Made by a program: the position numbers and the translations under genes. This document shows, piece after piece, positions 43,605-52,941 of a DNA stretch of 64,000 nt. The stretch is from Candidatus Eiseniibacteriota bacterium (GTDB taxonomy: Bacteria > Eisenbacteria > RBG-16-71-46 > JABDJR01), in contig CAVXKA010000001.1 of assembly GCA_963762255.1 (NCBI GenBank), positions 1,120,001-1,184,000 of the forward strand, written 5' to 3'. Position 1 is the stretch's first letter, and every line of letters begins with the position of its first letter. A model generated the notes under the pieces. That model was not told where the DNA came from. It did not search any database and was given only the letters and a program-made list of their open reading frames with translations.

Positions 43605-46600
43605 CCCTCCCCGAGATCGCGATTCGGCGGCCCATCACCACCCTCATGCTCCTCGTGAGCCTCGTGGTGCTGGGGATCGTCGCGATGTTCCGGTTGCCGC
43701 TGGGGTTCCTCCCCGAGGTGAATCGGCCGTACCTGTTCGTGCACGTGCCCTATCCCAACGCGACCCCCGAGCAGGTCGAGCGCACCATCGTCCGTCCGCT
43801 GGAGGAGGGCCTCGGTTCGGTCAAGGGCCTCCAGAACATGTGGTCCAACTGCGACCGCGAAGACGGGATGGTGCGGCTCGAGTTCGACTGGTCCCGCAAC
43901 ATGAACCTGGCCCGGGTCGAAGTGCAGGAGAAGGTGGATCGCCTGAAGCGCGATCTCCCCGAGGACATCGGCGACGTCACCGTGGGCTCGAGCTGGGACT
44001 CGCGTGAGGCCGACGAGACGATCCTGGAGGGACGTCTCTCCTCCAACCGCGATCTCAGCGAAAGCTACGATCTGCTCGATCGCAAAGTCGTGAAGCCGCT
44101 GGAGCGCGTTCCCGGCGTGGCGCTGGTGCGCATGGACGGGGTGAACCCCCGCGAGGTGCGCGTCAACCTGCGCGTGCAGGATCTGGAGTCGCATGCGATG
44201 GACATCCGCGAGGTCACGCGGATGCTGCGCGGCACGAATTTCGATCAGAGCCTGGGGAAACTGCGCGAGCCCTCGATGTCGTACACCCTGCGCACCGTGG
44301 GAACGTTCGGCTCGCTGGAAGAGATCCAGAACCTGGTGCTTCGCGGCGACGGTCTCCGCCTGCGCGACGTGGCCGACGTCGTCTACGAGGAGCCGCCGCT
44401 CGAGTACGGCCGTCACCTGGACGGCGAGTTCGCGGTCGGCATCATCGGTCAGCAAGGACGCGAGCGCCAACACGGTGGAAGTCTGCCGCCAGGTGCGCAA
44501 GCGCGTCGCGGAGATGGGCAAGGACCCGGAGCTGGAGGGGGTGAACTTCCTGGTCTGGTTCGTCAGGGCAAGGAGATCCAGAAGACGCTCCGCGACCTGG
44601 CGATGACCGGCGTCTTCGGCGCCCTCTTCGCAGCGCGGTGCTCTTCTTCTTCCTGCGGCGTCTCTCCATGACGCTGGTGTGCGTCCCTGTGCATCCCGTT
44701 CTCCCTGATCGTGACCTGCGGCTGGCGATCTGGGCTCAGGGCAAGACGCTCAACACGCTCTCGCTGCTCGGCCTCATCGTCGGCGTCGGGATGCTGGTGG
44801 ACAACGCGGTGGTGGTGATGGAGAACATCTTCCGCCACCGGGAAGAAGGGCTGGACCGCACCGAGGCCACCCGGGTCGGCGCGCGCGAGGTGGCGCTGGC
44901 TGTGACCGCCGCCACGCTGACCTCGGTCATCGTGTTCCTCCCGCGTCATCTTCAACAAGCCGAGCGAGATGAACATCTATCTCACGCGAGCTCGGCCTGA
45001 CCGTGTGCATGACGCTCCTGGCGTCGCTCTTCATCAGCCAGACCCTCATCCCGCTCGCCACCTCGCGGCTCATCCATACCCCGCCCAAACCCAAGGGCAA
45101 GCTCATGCGCAGGGCTGGAAGACCGCTACGTGAAGACCCTGCGCTTCAGCCTGCGCCATCGCTGGTTGACCCCGATCGTCGGGTTGGCGGTCACGGCTTC
45201 CGCCGTCTACCCCTTCATGAAGATCGACAAGAACTTCGACGCGACGGAAGCGGAGGCGTTCGTGCAGGTCCTCTACGAATTCAGCGAGGAGCTGAACCTC
45301 GACCGCAAGAAGGTGATCGTGGAGAAGGTCGAAGCGATTCTGGATCCGCACCGCGAGGATCTCTCGGCGAAGTCCATCTACAGTTTCTGGAGCAACGAAT
45401 GGGCCATGACGCGCATCTACATGGAGGAGGGCAAGGCCAACGAGAAGGTCATGAACCGCACGCGTGCGACGCTGCGCACGCTGCTTCCCGAGATCCCCGG
45501 GCTCAAGCTCGAGGTTCAGGACTCGGGCAACATGTGGCGGCAGGACCGCGGCAAGCGCATCGCGTTCCAGGTGGTGGGCGAGGACTCCGAGGTTCTCGCG
45601 CGCCTCGGCGAGGAGGCGAAGCAGCGGCTGTCGGAGATCCCCGGCCTCACCGAGGCGTTCACGAGCGCGGAAGCGGGGCGCCAGGAGCTCTACGTCGACC
45701 TCGACCGCGAGCTGGCCACGCGCTATGGAGTGCCTCTGAACCAGCCCGCGCAGGTCGTCGGGCTCACCTACCGCGGCCAGCGGCTGCCGCGCTATCGCAC
45801 GCCGGACGGCGAGCGCGAGATGCGTCTCACCCTCGACGAGACGGCGGACGAGAGCCTTTCCCAGCTCAGGAACCTCCCCCTGTGGACCACCGACGGAGAG
45901 AAGGTTCCGCTGGCGTCGCTGGCCAACTTCCGGGTGGTGCCGGGTCCGGATCGCATCCAGCGCCAGAATCGCGTGACCAGCATCTGGGTGGGTGCGCGCT
46001 ACGAAGAAGGAAACCGCCAGGACTACGTCCCGATGGTGACGGCGGCCCTGGAGGGCATGGACTTTCCCTACGGCTACACGTGGACCTTCTTCAACGTGGA
46101 GCAGCGGCGTCAGGAGCAATCGCGCGAGTTTCTCGTGAACCTCCTTCTCGCGTTGCTCCTCGTGTACGCCGTGATGGCGGGGCTCTTCGAGTCGGCGCGC
46201 CAGGCGCTGGCGCTCATGGTGGCGCTGCCGTTCGCGCTGGCCGGCGCCATCTGGACGCTCTTCTTCACCAAGACCGACTTCGACCAGCCCGCGGCGATCG
46301 GACTCCTGCTTCTGATCGGCATCGTGGTCAACAACGGCATCGTGATGATCGAGCACATCAACGGCTACCGCCGGGCCGGCATGCCCCGCGAGGAGGCGAT
46401 GGTGCGGGGCGGTCGCGAGCGCCTGCGCCCCATCCTCATGACCGCGATCACCACCCTCATGGGACTCACCCCCATCGTGGTGCAGCGCCCCGCTCTGGCC
46501 GGCGTGTACTACTACTCGATGGCGCTGGTCATCATGGGCGGGCTCGCCGTGTCGGCCTTCCTCACCTCGGTGCTCCTGCCGACGACGGCCTGTCTCTCCG

Positions 46601-46683
46601 AAGACATCTTCGCCTGGATGGGGCGGATGGCCCTGCGGGCAGTGCGATTCCGCCGTCGTCGCCCATTGCGTAATGCCGCTTGA
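43601..46683 (+). CDS. RND efflux permease (AcrB family) 2, with frameshifts at about 44440-45120
   Basis: 'IRRPITTLM', 'GMLVDNAVVVMENI', 'GIVVNNGIVMIEH', 'RLRPILMTAITT'; ATGA overlap with permease 1. Confidence 0.9.
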
Positions 46684-46748
46684 GAAATAGTCTGTCTATG
46701 GCTACCCTCTGACCTGTCCACGTTCGAGCACACAGGAAGGAGGCACTG

Positions 46749-47645
46749 ATGCGAGGCTGGAAGTGGGTTGGGCTCCTTGCCGTGGCGGTGGCCGTGCTCT
46801 ATGGCACCCCCGCCAACGCGCAATTGGAGGACAACCTGGGCGCTTACACCGACGACACCGCCAAGGGTTATCTGAAGCCGCTGCAGGAAGCCTTTGGTCA
46901 GGCCCTCAACAGCAATTTCTTTACCACCGCCGCCATCCCCAGGACGGGCTTTCGCGCCCGGCTTGAAGTGCGGGCGATGTCGGTGATGTTCAAGGATGAG
47001 GACGACTTCTTCAAGGCGACCACCGGCGGGGACTTCACTCCGCCACAAGAGGTGGATGCTCCGACGGCGGTCGGGCCGGGCGAGTCGGTCGTCGTTACCG
47101 GTGCCGGCGGCACCGCGTACGTCTTCCCCGGCGGATTCGACCTGAAGTCCTTCACGCTCGGTGTGCCGCAGCTCACGATCGGTGGCGTGGCCGGCACCGA
47201 GGCCATGGTGCGATGGGTCGCGGTGGATCTTGGGGACAGCGATTTCGGCAAGCTGTCTCTGCTCGGTCTCGGCCTTCGGCACAGCCTCTCCCAGTACATG
47301 ATGACGCCGCCCCTCGACCTCGCTGTTGCGGGCTACTATCAGACGTTCTCCGTCGGTGATGACTTCATCGATTCGAAGGCGTACTCCCTGGGCCTGCAAG
47401 CCAGCAAGAGCTTCGGGATGCTCGTCCCATACGCCGGACTCGCCTACGACATGTCGTCCATGACCGTCCAGTACACCGCGACCAGCGGCGCCGAGGACCG
47501 GGAAGTGGAACTCGACATGGATTCCGACAGCACCATGCATCTCACGCTCGGTCTCGGGCTCCAACTCGGCGTTCTTCACCTCAACGCATCCGGAGAACTG
47601 GCCAAGCGGACCGGGTTCTCCGCAGGCGTGGGCTTCGGGTTTTAG
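46749..47645 (+). CDS. Outer-membrane beta-barrel protein, DUF6588-like
   Basis: Signal peptide; 'GYLKPL..AFG..LNS', 'VPQLTIG', 'GLGLRHSLSQY'; terminal Phe (GVGFGF). Confidence 0.65.
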   Translation: MRGWKWVGLLAVAVAVLYGTPANAQLEDNLGAYTDDTAKGYLKPLQEAFGQALNSNFFTTAAIPRTGFRARLEVRAMSVMFKDEDDFFKATTGGDFTPPQEVDAPTAVGPGESVVVTGAGGTAYVFPGGFDLKSFTLGVPQLTIGGVAGTEAMVRWVAVDLGDSDFGKLSLLGLGLRHSLSQYMMTPPLDLAVAGYYQTFSVGDDFIDSKAYSLGLQASKSFGMLVPYAGLAYDMSSMTVQYTATSGAEDREVELDMDSDSTMHLTLGLGLQLGVLHLNASGELAKRTGFSAGVGFGF

Positions 47646-47654
47646 GAGGCAGCC

Positions 47655-48257
47655 ATGAAAACCAAACTATTGATCTTTCTTGCGCTCGCTGCGGCGATGG
47701 TGACCTTCACCGCCGAGAGCTGCTTCATCTCGACGAAAGAGGTCGAGGTGCCGGTGCGCGGCGAAGGGGACCTCGAGTTCCACGCCACGGGCACGTCCGA
47801 CTCGAGGCAGGAGACCATCGACTTCACGGCTCTCATGGAGGATCTGGAGAACGACTCCGACTTCGACAAGCTGGTCAGCGCCCACATCGAGAACGGCTAC
47901 TGGCGCGTGACCCGGAACTTGGGAAGTGCAAGCACGGTGATGAGCGGAAACCTCACCGTGCAGCGGGAAGGCTCGGCGGCCCCGGCGGTCGCGCTCATCG
48001 CATACACCAGCATCGACATCGCCGATGTGAGCGGCGACTTCGTCGTGGCGCCCCTCACCGCGGCCGGTGTGAGCCTCCTCAATGCCGGGTTCGACGAGTA
48101 CTTGCTGGCCAAGGCCAACGAGACGGCTCTTCCGAACCTCCGCTTCGTATTCACGTGGAACAGCTCGGCGACCCCCGCCCCGGTGGACTTCTACTGGGAG
48201 GGGAAGGTGAAGTTCACCATGGTGGGTCTCACCGTGGTGGACGTGCCGGAGCTCTAG
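47655..48257 (+). CDS. Hypothetical lipoprotein/exported protein
   Basis: Signal peptide followed by Cys (TAESC); AGGAGG RBS; beta-rich. Confidence 0.65.
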   Translation: MKTKLLIFLALAAAMVTFTAESCFISTKEVEVPVRGEGDLEFHATGTSDSRQETIDFTALMEDLENDSDFDKLVSAHIENGYWRVTRNLGSASTVMSGNLTVQREGSAAPAVALIAYTSIDIADVSGDFVVAPLTAAGVSLLNAGFDEYLLAKANETALPNLRFVFTWNSSATPAPVDFYWEGKVKFTMVGLTVVDVPEL

Positions 48258-48283
48258 CTCCGGTTCAGTTCGACGCGTGCTTT

Positions 48284-48322
48284 GACGCCCCCGGGGCCCG
48301 CCAGCCTCGGGGGCGTCTTCTT
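48284..48322 (+). terminator. Rho-independent terminator
   Basis: 13-bp stem GACGCCCCCGGGG / CCTCGGGGGCGTC followed by TTCTT, just after the stop at 48257. Confidence 0.7.
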
Positions 48323-48504
48323 CCCTGCGATCGGCTGACGGGCGTCACAAGATATGACGCTCGCCGCACAAGGGTGTGACGACTCAAGTCTTGTTGCAGC
48401 AATCGGATATCTGCCATCAACAGGCGGACCTGTCACGATAGATGACGGATCTCCGTCGCAACCGGACACGAACCCGAACTCGCCGCAGGCGTAACCCACT
48501 AATA

Positions 48505-48518
48505 TGTAATCGATTACA
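48505..48518. promoter_or_regulatory. Perfect 14-bp palindrome, candidate operator
   Basis: TGTAATCGATTACA in an AT-richer intergenic region about 80 bp upstream of the DUF5916 gene. Confidence 0.45.
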
Positions 48519-48596
48519 GCGCAGCGAATCCCCCGGCACGCGGATTGCTCGGTCGTCTTGTACCTCCACCCTCAGTCCCCCAAGATCGGGGGATCT

Positions 48597-50957
48597 ATGC
48601 GTTCCAAGTTCGCCCGCCTCGCGGTCCTGGTTTCGCTCGCCTCGGTACTTTCTTGCCTGGCGGCTCCCTCCGAAGCCGCATTCGATCCTGTCATCAATCC
48701 AAAGCTCGAGTCGGTGCGGTCGGCCGGCGAGATTCGCGTCGACGGCAAGCTGGATGAGGCGGCCTGGGGCGGCGCCGCCCGCGCCGCGAACTTCGTCGAG
48801 CGCTTTCCCGGCGATAACCTCGAGCCGGTGGTGCAGACCGAAGCCCTCGTGACCTACGACGACGAGAACTTCTACGTCGGCTTCATCTGCCGCGACGATC
48901 CCGAGCGGATCCGGGCCACCATGAGCCAGCGCGACCAGTACGGCAGCGACGACGAGGTGATCCTCTGTCTCGACACCTACGGCGAAGCTGCGTGGGCCTA
49001 CGAGCTCTGCGTCAACCCCTACGGGGTCCAGAAGGACATGCTCTGGACCAAGACGCACGGGGAGGACGCGGGGTTCGATCTCGTGTGGAACTCGGCGGCC
49101 CATGTCAACGACACCGGCTACACCGTGGAGATTGCCGTGCCCTTCGCGAGTTTGCGCTTTCCGAACCGGGACGTGCAGACCTGGCGCGTCGACTTCCAGC
49201 GCAACCATCCGCGCGAGTCCTACCGGGTCTTCTCCTGGTCGGCCAACACCCACGACGAACAGTGCTGGCCGTGCCAGTGGGGCACCGTGAACGGGATCTC
49301 GGGCGTGCGCTCGGGCAAGGGGCTCGAGATTCTCCCCTCGTTCGTCTCCACCCAGGCCGGAGAGATGGCCGGACTGCGCTCGATGTCCGCTTCGCGGATC
49401 AACCCGGACACCACGTTCGCGAACGGCGACGTGCTCGGGCAGGCGTCGATCGGCGCCAAGTACTCGGTCAACTCCGACGTCACCCTCGAAGGCACCTACA
49501 ACCCCGACTTCAGCCAGATCGAGGCCGATGCCGCCCAGGTTGACGTGAACACCACGATCTCGCTCATGTATCCCGAGAAGCGCCCGTTCTTCCAGGAGGG
49601 GAGCGACCTCTTCATCACCCCCTTCAACTCGTTCTACACCCGGATGGTGAACGATCCGAACATGGCGGCGAAGGCCACCGCGCGCTGGGGCAAGTTCAGC
49701 CTGGCCTACACGGCGGCGCATGACGAGCAATCGCCGTACTCGATCCCGGTCGAGGAGCGGGGGTGGACGCCGGTGATCGGCGGGAGCACCGTGAACGTCG
49801 TGCGCGGTCTCGGCAACGTCGGCAACGGCTCCACGATCGGCTTCCTCGCCTCGCAGCGCTCCTACGACCGTGGCGGCGCGGGGACGATCCTCTCCGCGGA
49901 CGGAGAGCTTCGCTTGAGCTCCAGCTACAGCGTCGTGGGCCAGGGGATCGTCAGCCACACGCGGGAGCCCGAGGGTTTCTCCGTGGACTCCACCGCCACC
50001 TTCGACAGCGGGAAATACACGGCGGATCTGGACGGGGAAACGTACTGGGGCACCGCATTCATCACCGAGTTCCGGCGCCGCTCGCGCCACTGGAACTTCA
50101 CGCTGGACTACAACCAGCTCACTCCCACCTACCGCACCCAGATCGGCTACGACCCCTGGAACGACCAGCGCAACGGCTTCTTCTTCACCACCTATCACTT
50201 CCGTCCCGCCACCGGGCTCTTCGAACGCATCTCGCCTCAGGTAGGCATCGACCGGCGCTGGAGCTTTAACGAAGGCGAGAACGGATTCATCCGCAAGTGG
50301 GCGCACGGCTATGCCAACCTCAGCGCGAACCTGCGGTGGGCGCAGACGCAGCTCGGCGTCGGCTATACCCGGGGGTCCGAACGCTGGTTCGGGGCGGAAT
50401 ATCGGGATCTCTGGTCGGTCCACGCCGAGGCCTACAGCCGGCCGCACGACAAGCTCGCGGTCAACCTGTCGACCGTCTGGGGCCGCAGCCCGGCGGTGTA
50501 CGCCGATGCCGTGGGCAAGGAGATGAACGTCGCCGCGGACCTGGAGATCAAGCCGATCGACCGGTTCGTCATCGAGCCGAGCTACAACTACTCCCGGAGC
50601 GCGCACTTCGACACGGACCGGGAACTCTTCAAGGAAGTGATCTGGCGCACCCGCTTCCGGTTCCAGGTGAACCCGCAGTTCTCGCTACGGCTGGTCGGGC
50701 AGTACGACGACTACGACGTGAACGTGGCGGTGGGCGCTCCCGAGTACTATCACGTGAGCGGCCGGACCTGGGAGTTCGATCCGCTCCTGACCTACCGCGT
50801 GAATTCCTTTTCGATGCTCTACTTCGGGTCCACCCATGATCTCAGCGATTTCGGCGTGCCCACCGACGGATTCAATTTGCCCCGTCAGACGCGCTCGATC
50901 TGGCGCCAGAGTCAGCGGCAGTTCTTCATCAAGCTGCAGTATTTGTTCCAGGTCTAG
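48597..50957 (+). CDS. CBM9-like/DUF5916 outer-membrane protein
   Basis: Signal peptide; 'IRVDGKLDEAAW', 'VNPYGVQ', 'TVEIAVPFASLRF', 'NPDFSQIEAD', 'EKRPFFQEG'; barrel-type end 'FFIKLQYLF'. Confidence 0.85.
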   Translation: MRSKFARLAVLVSLASVLSCLAAPSEAAFDPVINPKLESVRSAGEIRVDGKLDEAAWGGAARAANFVERFPGDNLEPVVQTEALVTYDDENFYVGFICRDDPERIRATMSQRDQYGSDDEVILCLDTYGEAAWAYELCVNPYGVQKDMLWTKTHGEDAGFDLVWNSAAHVNDTGYTVEIAVPFASLRFPNRDVQTWRVDFQRNHPRESYRVFSWSANTHDEQCWPCQWGTVNGISGVRSGKGLEILPSFVSTQAGEMAGLRSMSASRINPDTTFANGDVLGQASIGAKYSVNSDVTLEGTYNPDFSQIEADAAQVDVNTTISLMYPEKRPFFQEGSDLFITPFNSFYTRMVNDPNMAAKATARWGKFSLAYTAAHDEQSPYSIPVEERGWTPVIGGSTVNVVRGLGNVGNGSTIGFLASQRSYDRGGAGTILSADGELRLSSSYSVVGQGIVSHTREPEGFSVDSTATFDSGKYTADLDGETYWGTAFITEFRRRSRHWNFTLDYNQLTPTYRTQIGYDPWNDQRNGFFFTTYHFRPATGLFERISPQVGIDRRWSFNEGENGFIRKWAHGYANLSANLRWAQTQLGVGYTRGSERWFGAEYRDLWSVHAEAYSRPHDKLAVNLSTVWGRSPAVYADAVGKEMNVAADLEIKPIDRFVIEPSYNYSRSAHFDTDRELFKEVIWRTRFRFQVNPQFSLRLVGQYDDYDVNVAVGAPEYYHVSGRTWEFDPLLTYRVNSFSMLYFGSTHDLSDFGVPTDGFNLPRQTRSIWRQSQRQFFIKLQYLFQV

Positions 50958-50973
50958 GGAGGCAGGGGAATCG

Positions 50974-51004
50974 GGGGTGGCGCCGCCGTTGCCGGCGCCG
51001 CCCC
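50974..51004. terminator. GC hairpin between convergent genes (possible bidirectional terminator)
   Basis: GGGGTGGCGCCG ... CGGCGCCGCCCC between the stops at 50957 and 51004; no U-tract. Confidence 0.45.
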
Positions 51005-52446
51005 TATCCCTTCACCACCGCGATCGGCCGCAACCGCGCCACGACGACGCTCAAACCGGCCATGGCGACCGCGTCGACCACTTCGGCCACATCCTTGTAG
51101 GCCGCGGCCGTCTCCTCCTGCTGGGTACGCACGCTTGCCGCGCGCACCAGGATCCCCGCGCGCTCCATCTCGCGTTGGATCGAGCGACTTCGAGCCTGCT
51201 CCCGGGCCTTGGTGCGGGAGAGTCGCCGTCCCGCGCCGTGGCAGCTCGATCCGAAGGTGTGCTGCATCGCGCCCGGACGTCCCGCGAGCACGAAGCTGTA
51301 GCGCTCCATGTCGCCGGGAATGAGCACGGGCTGGCCGACGTCGCGATAGTCGGCGGGGACATCCCGATGCCCCGGCGGGAATGCGCGCGTGGCTCCCTTG
51401 CGGTGCACGCAGACCCGCCGCTTCGCGCCATCGATCTCGTGGGTCTCCAACTTGGCGATGTTGTGCGCCACCTCGTACACGGTACGCACTCCGAGCGACT
51501 CGATCCTGTCTCCCAGCGCGCGCGCCAGAGCCTGCACCGCTCGCGCGGCCAGGATCTGCCGGTTGGCGAAGGCGAAGTTCACCGCGGCGTTCATGGCCCC
51601 GAAGTACGCCTTCCCCTCCGGCGATGCCAGCGGCACGCAGCAGAGCTGCGGATCGGGGACGTGAATGTCGTAGCGGTGCATCGCCCCCTTCATGCGCTTC
51701 AAAGAATCCGTGCAGACCTGGTGGCCGAGGCCTCGGCTCCCGCTGTGGAGCAGGAGCGTCAATTGGCCCCGGGAGAGCCCGAAGGCCCGCGCGGCTTCGG
51801 GCTCGAGGATCTCATCCACCACGCCCAGTTCCAGAAAATGATTTCCCGATCCCAAGGTGCCGAGTTGGTCCTTCCCCCGGGCCATCGCCGTCTCGCTCAC
51901 CTCGCCCGGGTCGGCACCCTCGATGCAGCTTTGCTCCTCGACGTGTTCCAGATCGCGTGCCGTGCCGTAGCCGTGCTCGATCGCCCAACGGCCGCCGTGC
52001 AGCAGCACCTCGCGCATCTCCCGCGGACCCGCCTTGACGTCGCCGCCGCGTCCCAGGCCGCAGGGAATCTCGTTGAAGAGCACGTCGGCGATCTCGGCGA
52101 GGCGCGGCCGCACATCCTCCTCGCGCAACGAGAACGCCAGGAGCCGCACTCCACAATTGATGTCGTAGCCCACGCCGCCGGGGCTGATCACGCCCGTCTC
52201 CGGGTCGGTCGCGGCCACGCCCCCGATCGGAAAGCCGTAGCCCATGTGCATGTCGGGCATGGCCCACGCAGAGCCCACGATGCCTGGAAGCGTGGCCACG
52301 TTCTGAAGCTGGCGAAGCGATTGTTCGTCCTCGCGGATCTGCGGGAGTAAGTCGGGTGACGCCACAAGGCGGGCGGGGACACGGGCGTCGGGTCGGGCTT
52401 CCACCTCCCAAAGGCATTCCCCGACCGCGCGAATCTTGATCGCCAT
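51004..52446 (-). CDS. rtcB: RNA ligase RtcB
   Basis: 'MPDMHMGYGFPIGGV', 'VGYDINCG', 'LGSGNHF', 'HSGSRG', 'HRKGATRAF', 'CHGAGR'. Confidence 0.97.
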   Translation of the reverse strand: MAIKIRAVGECLWEVEARPDARVPARLVASPDLLPQIREDEQSLRQLQNVATLPGIVGSAWAMPDMHMGYGFPIGGVAATDPETGVISPGGVGYDINCGVRLLAFSLREEDVRPRLAEIADVLFNEIPCGLGRGGDVKAGPREMREVLLHGGRWAIEHGYGTARDLEHVEEQSCIEGADPGEVSETAMARGKDQLGTLGSGNHFLELGVVDEILEPEAARAFGLSRGQLTLLLHSGSRGLGHQVCTDSLKRMKGAMHRYDIHVPDPQLCCVPLASPEGKAYFGAMNAAVNFAFANRQILAARAVQALARALGDRIESLGVRTVYEVAHNIAKLETHEIDGAKRRVCVHRKGATRAFPPGHRDVPADYRDVGQPVLIPGDMERYSFVLAGRPGAMQHTFGSSCHGAGRRLSRTKAREQARSRSIQREMERAGILVRAASVRTQQEETAAAYKDVAEVVDAVAMAGLSVVVARLRPIAVVKG

Positions 52447-52460
52447 GGATCTCCCCCGAA

Positions 52461-52937
52461 TCAGATGTCGAGCAGCACGTAGGCCTCGTAACCTCTCTCG
52501 GTGCGGCGCACCGAGAGGTCGTGCCAGGTCACCGCCTTCACCTCGATCCGCAGTTCGTGGCGGGTGGGATCGATCGGCTCACCTTCCGCCCGTGCCCGGA
52601 GCAGAAACCTGCCCGCGGCGGCCATGTGCGGCTCGCCTGCGTCGGAAGCGTGCGCCGAGTCCTCGACGCGGACGTCGAAATCCCTGTAGAGCTCGCCGTG
52701 CACCTGGTGCAGCGTGTTGAGCGCTTCGAGCCAATCGTGCAGGAGTTCGTCGATCGTCTCGGCGCGCAGCGCGATGGCGCGCCCCCGCACGGTTTCGACG
52801 GAGTCCGCGCGGGCGATCACGTCGAAGAGCCCGCGGGCCATGGCGGCGAACAATTCGGAGAGATCGCGGCCCCAGCCCCGAATCGCGGCGTCGGCGGTGT
52901 GATCGACCGGCTCGAAGCCGAAAGGGGGGCGGTCCAC
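52461..52937 (-). CDS. Archease
   Basis: 'FEPVDHTAD', 'EVKAVTWHDL', C-terminal 'LLDI'; immediately upstream of rtcB; GTG start at 52937. Confidence 0.92.
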   Translation of the reverse strand: MDRPPFGFEPVDHTADAAIRGWGRDLSELFAAMARGLFDVIARADSVETVRGRAIALRAETIDELLHDWLEALNTLHQVHGELYRDFDVRVEDSAHASDAGEPHMAAAGRFLLRARAEGEPIDPTRHELRIEVKAVTWHDLSVRRTERGYEAYVLLDI

Positions 52938-52941
52938 GCCT

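Noticed and set aside
41085-45120. Many short RND fragments as separate genes
   Set aside because: The fragments concatenate into two full-length AcrB-family permeases, with the same error signature as tssC and clpV.
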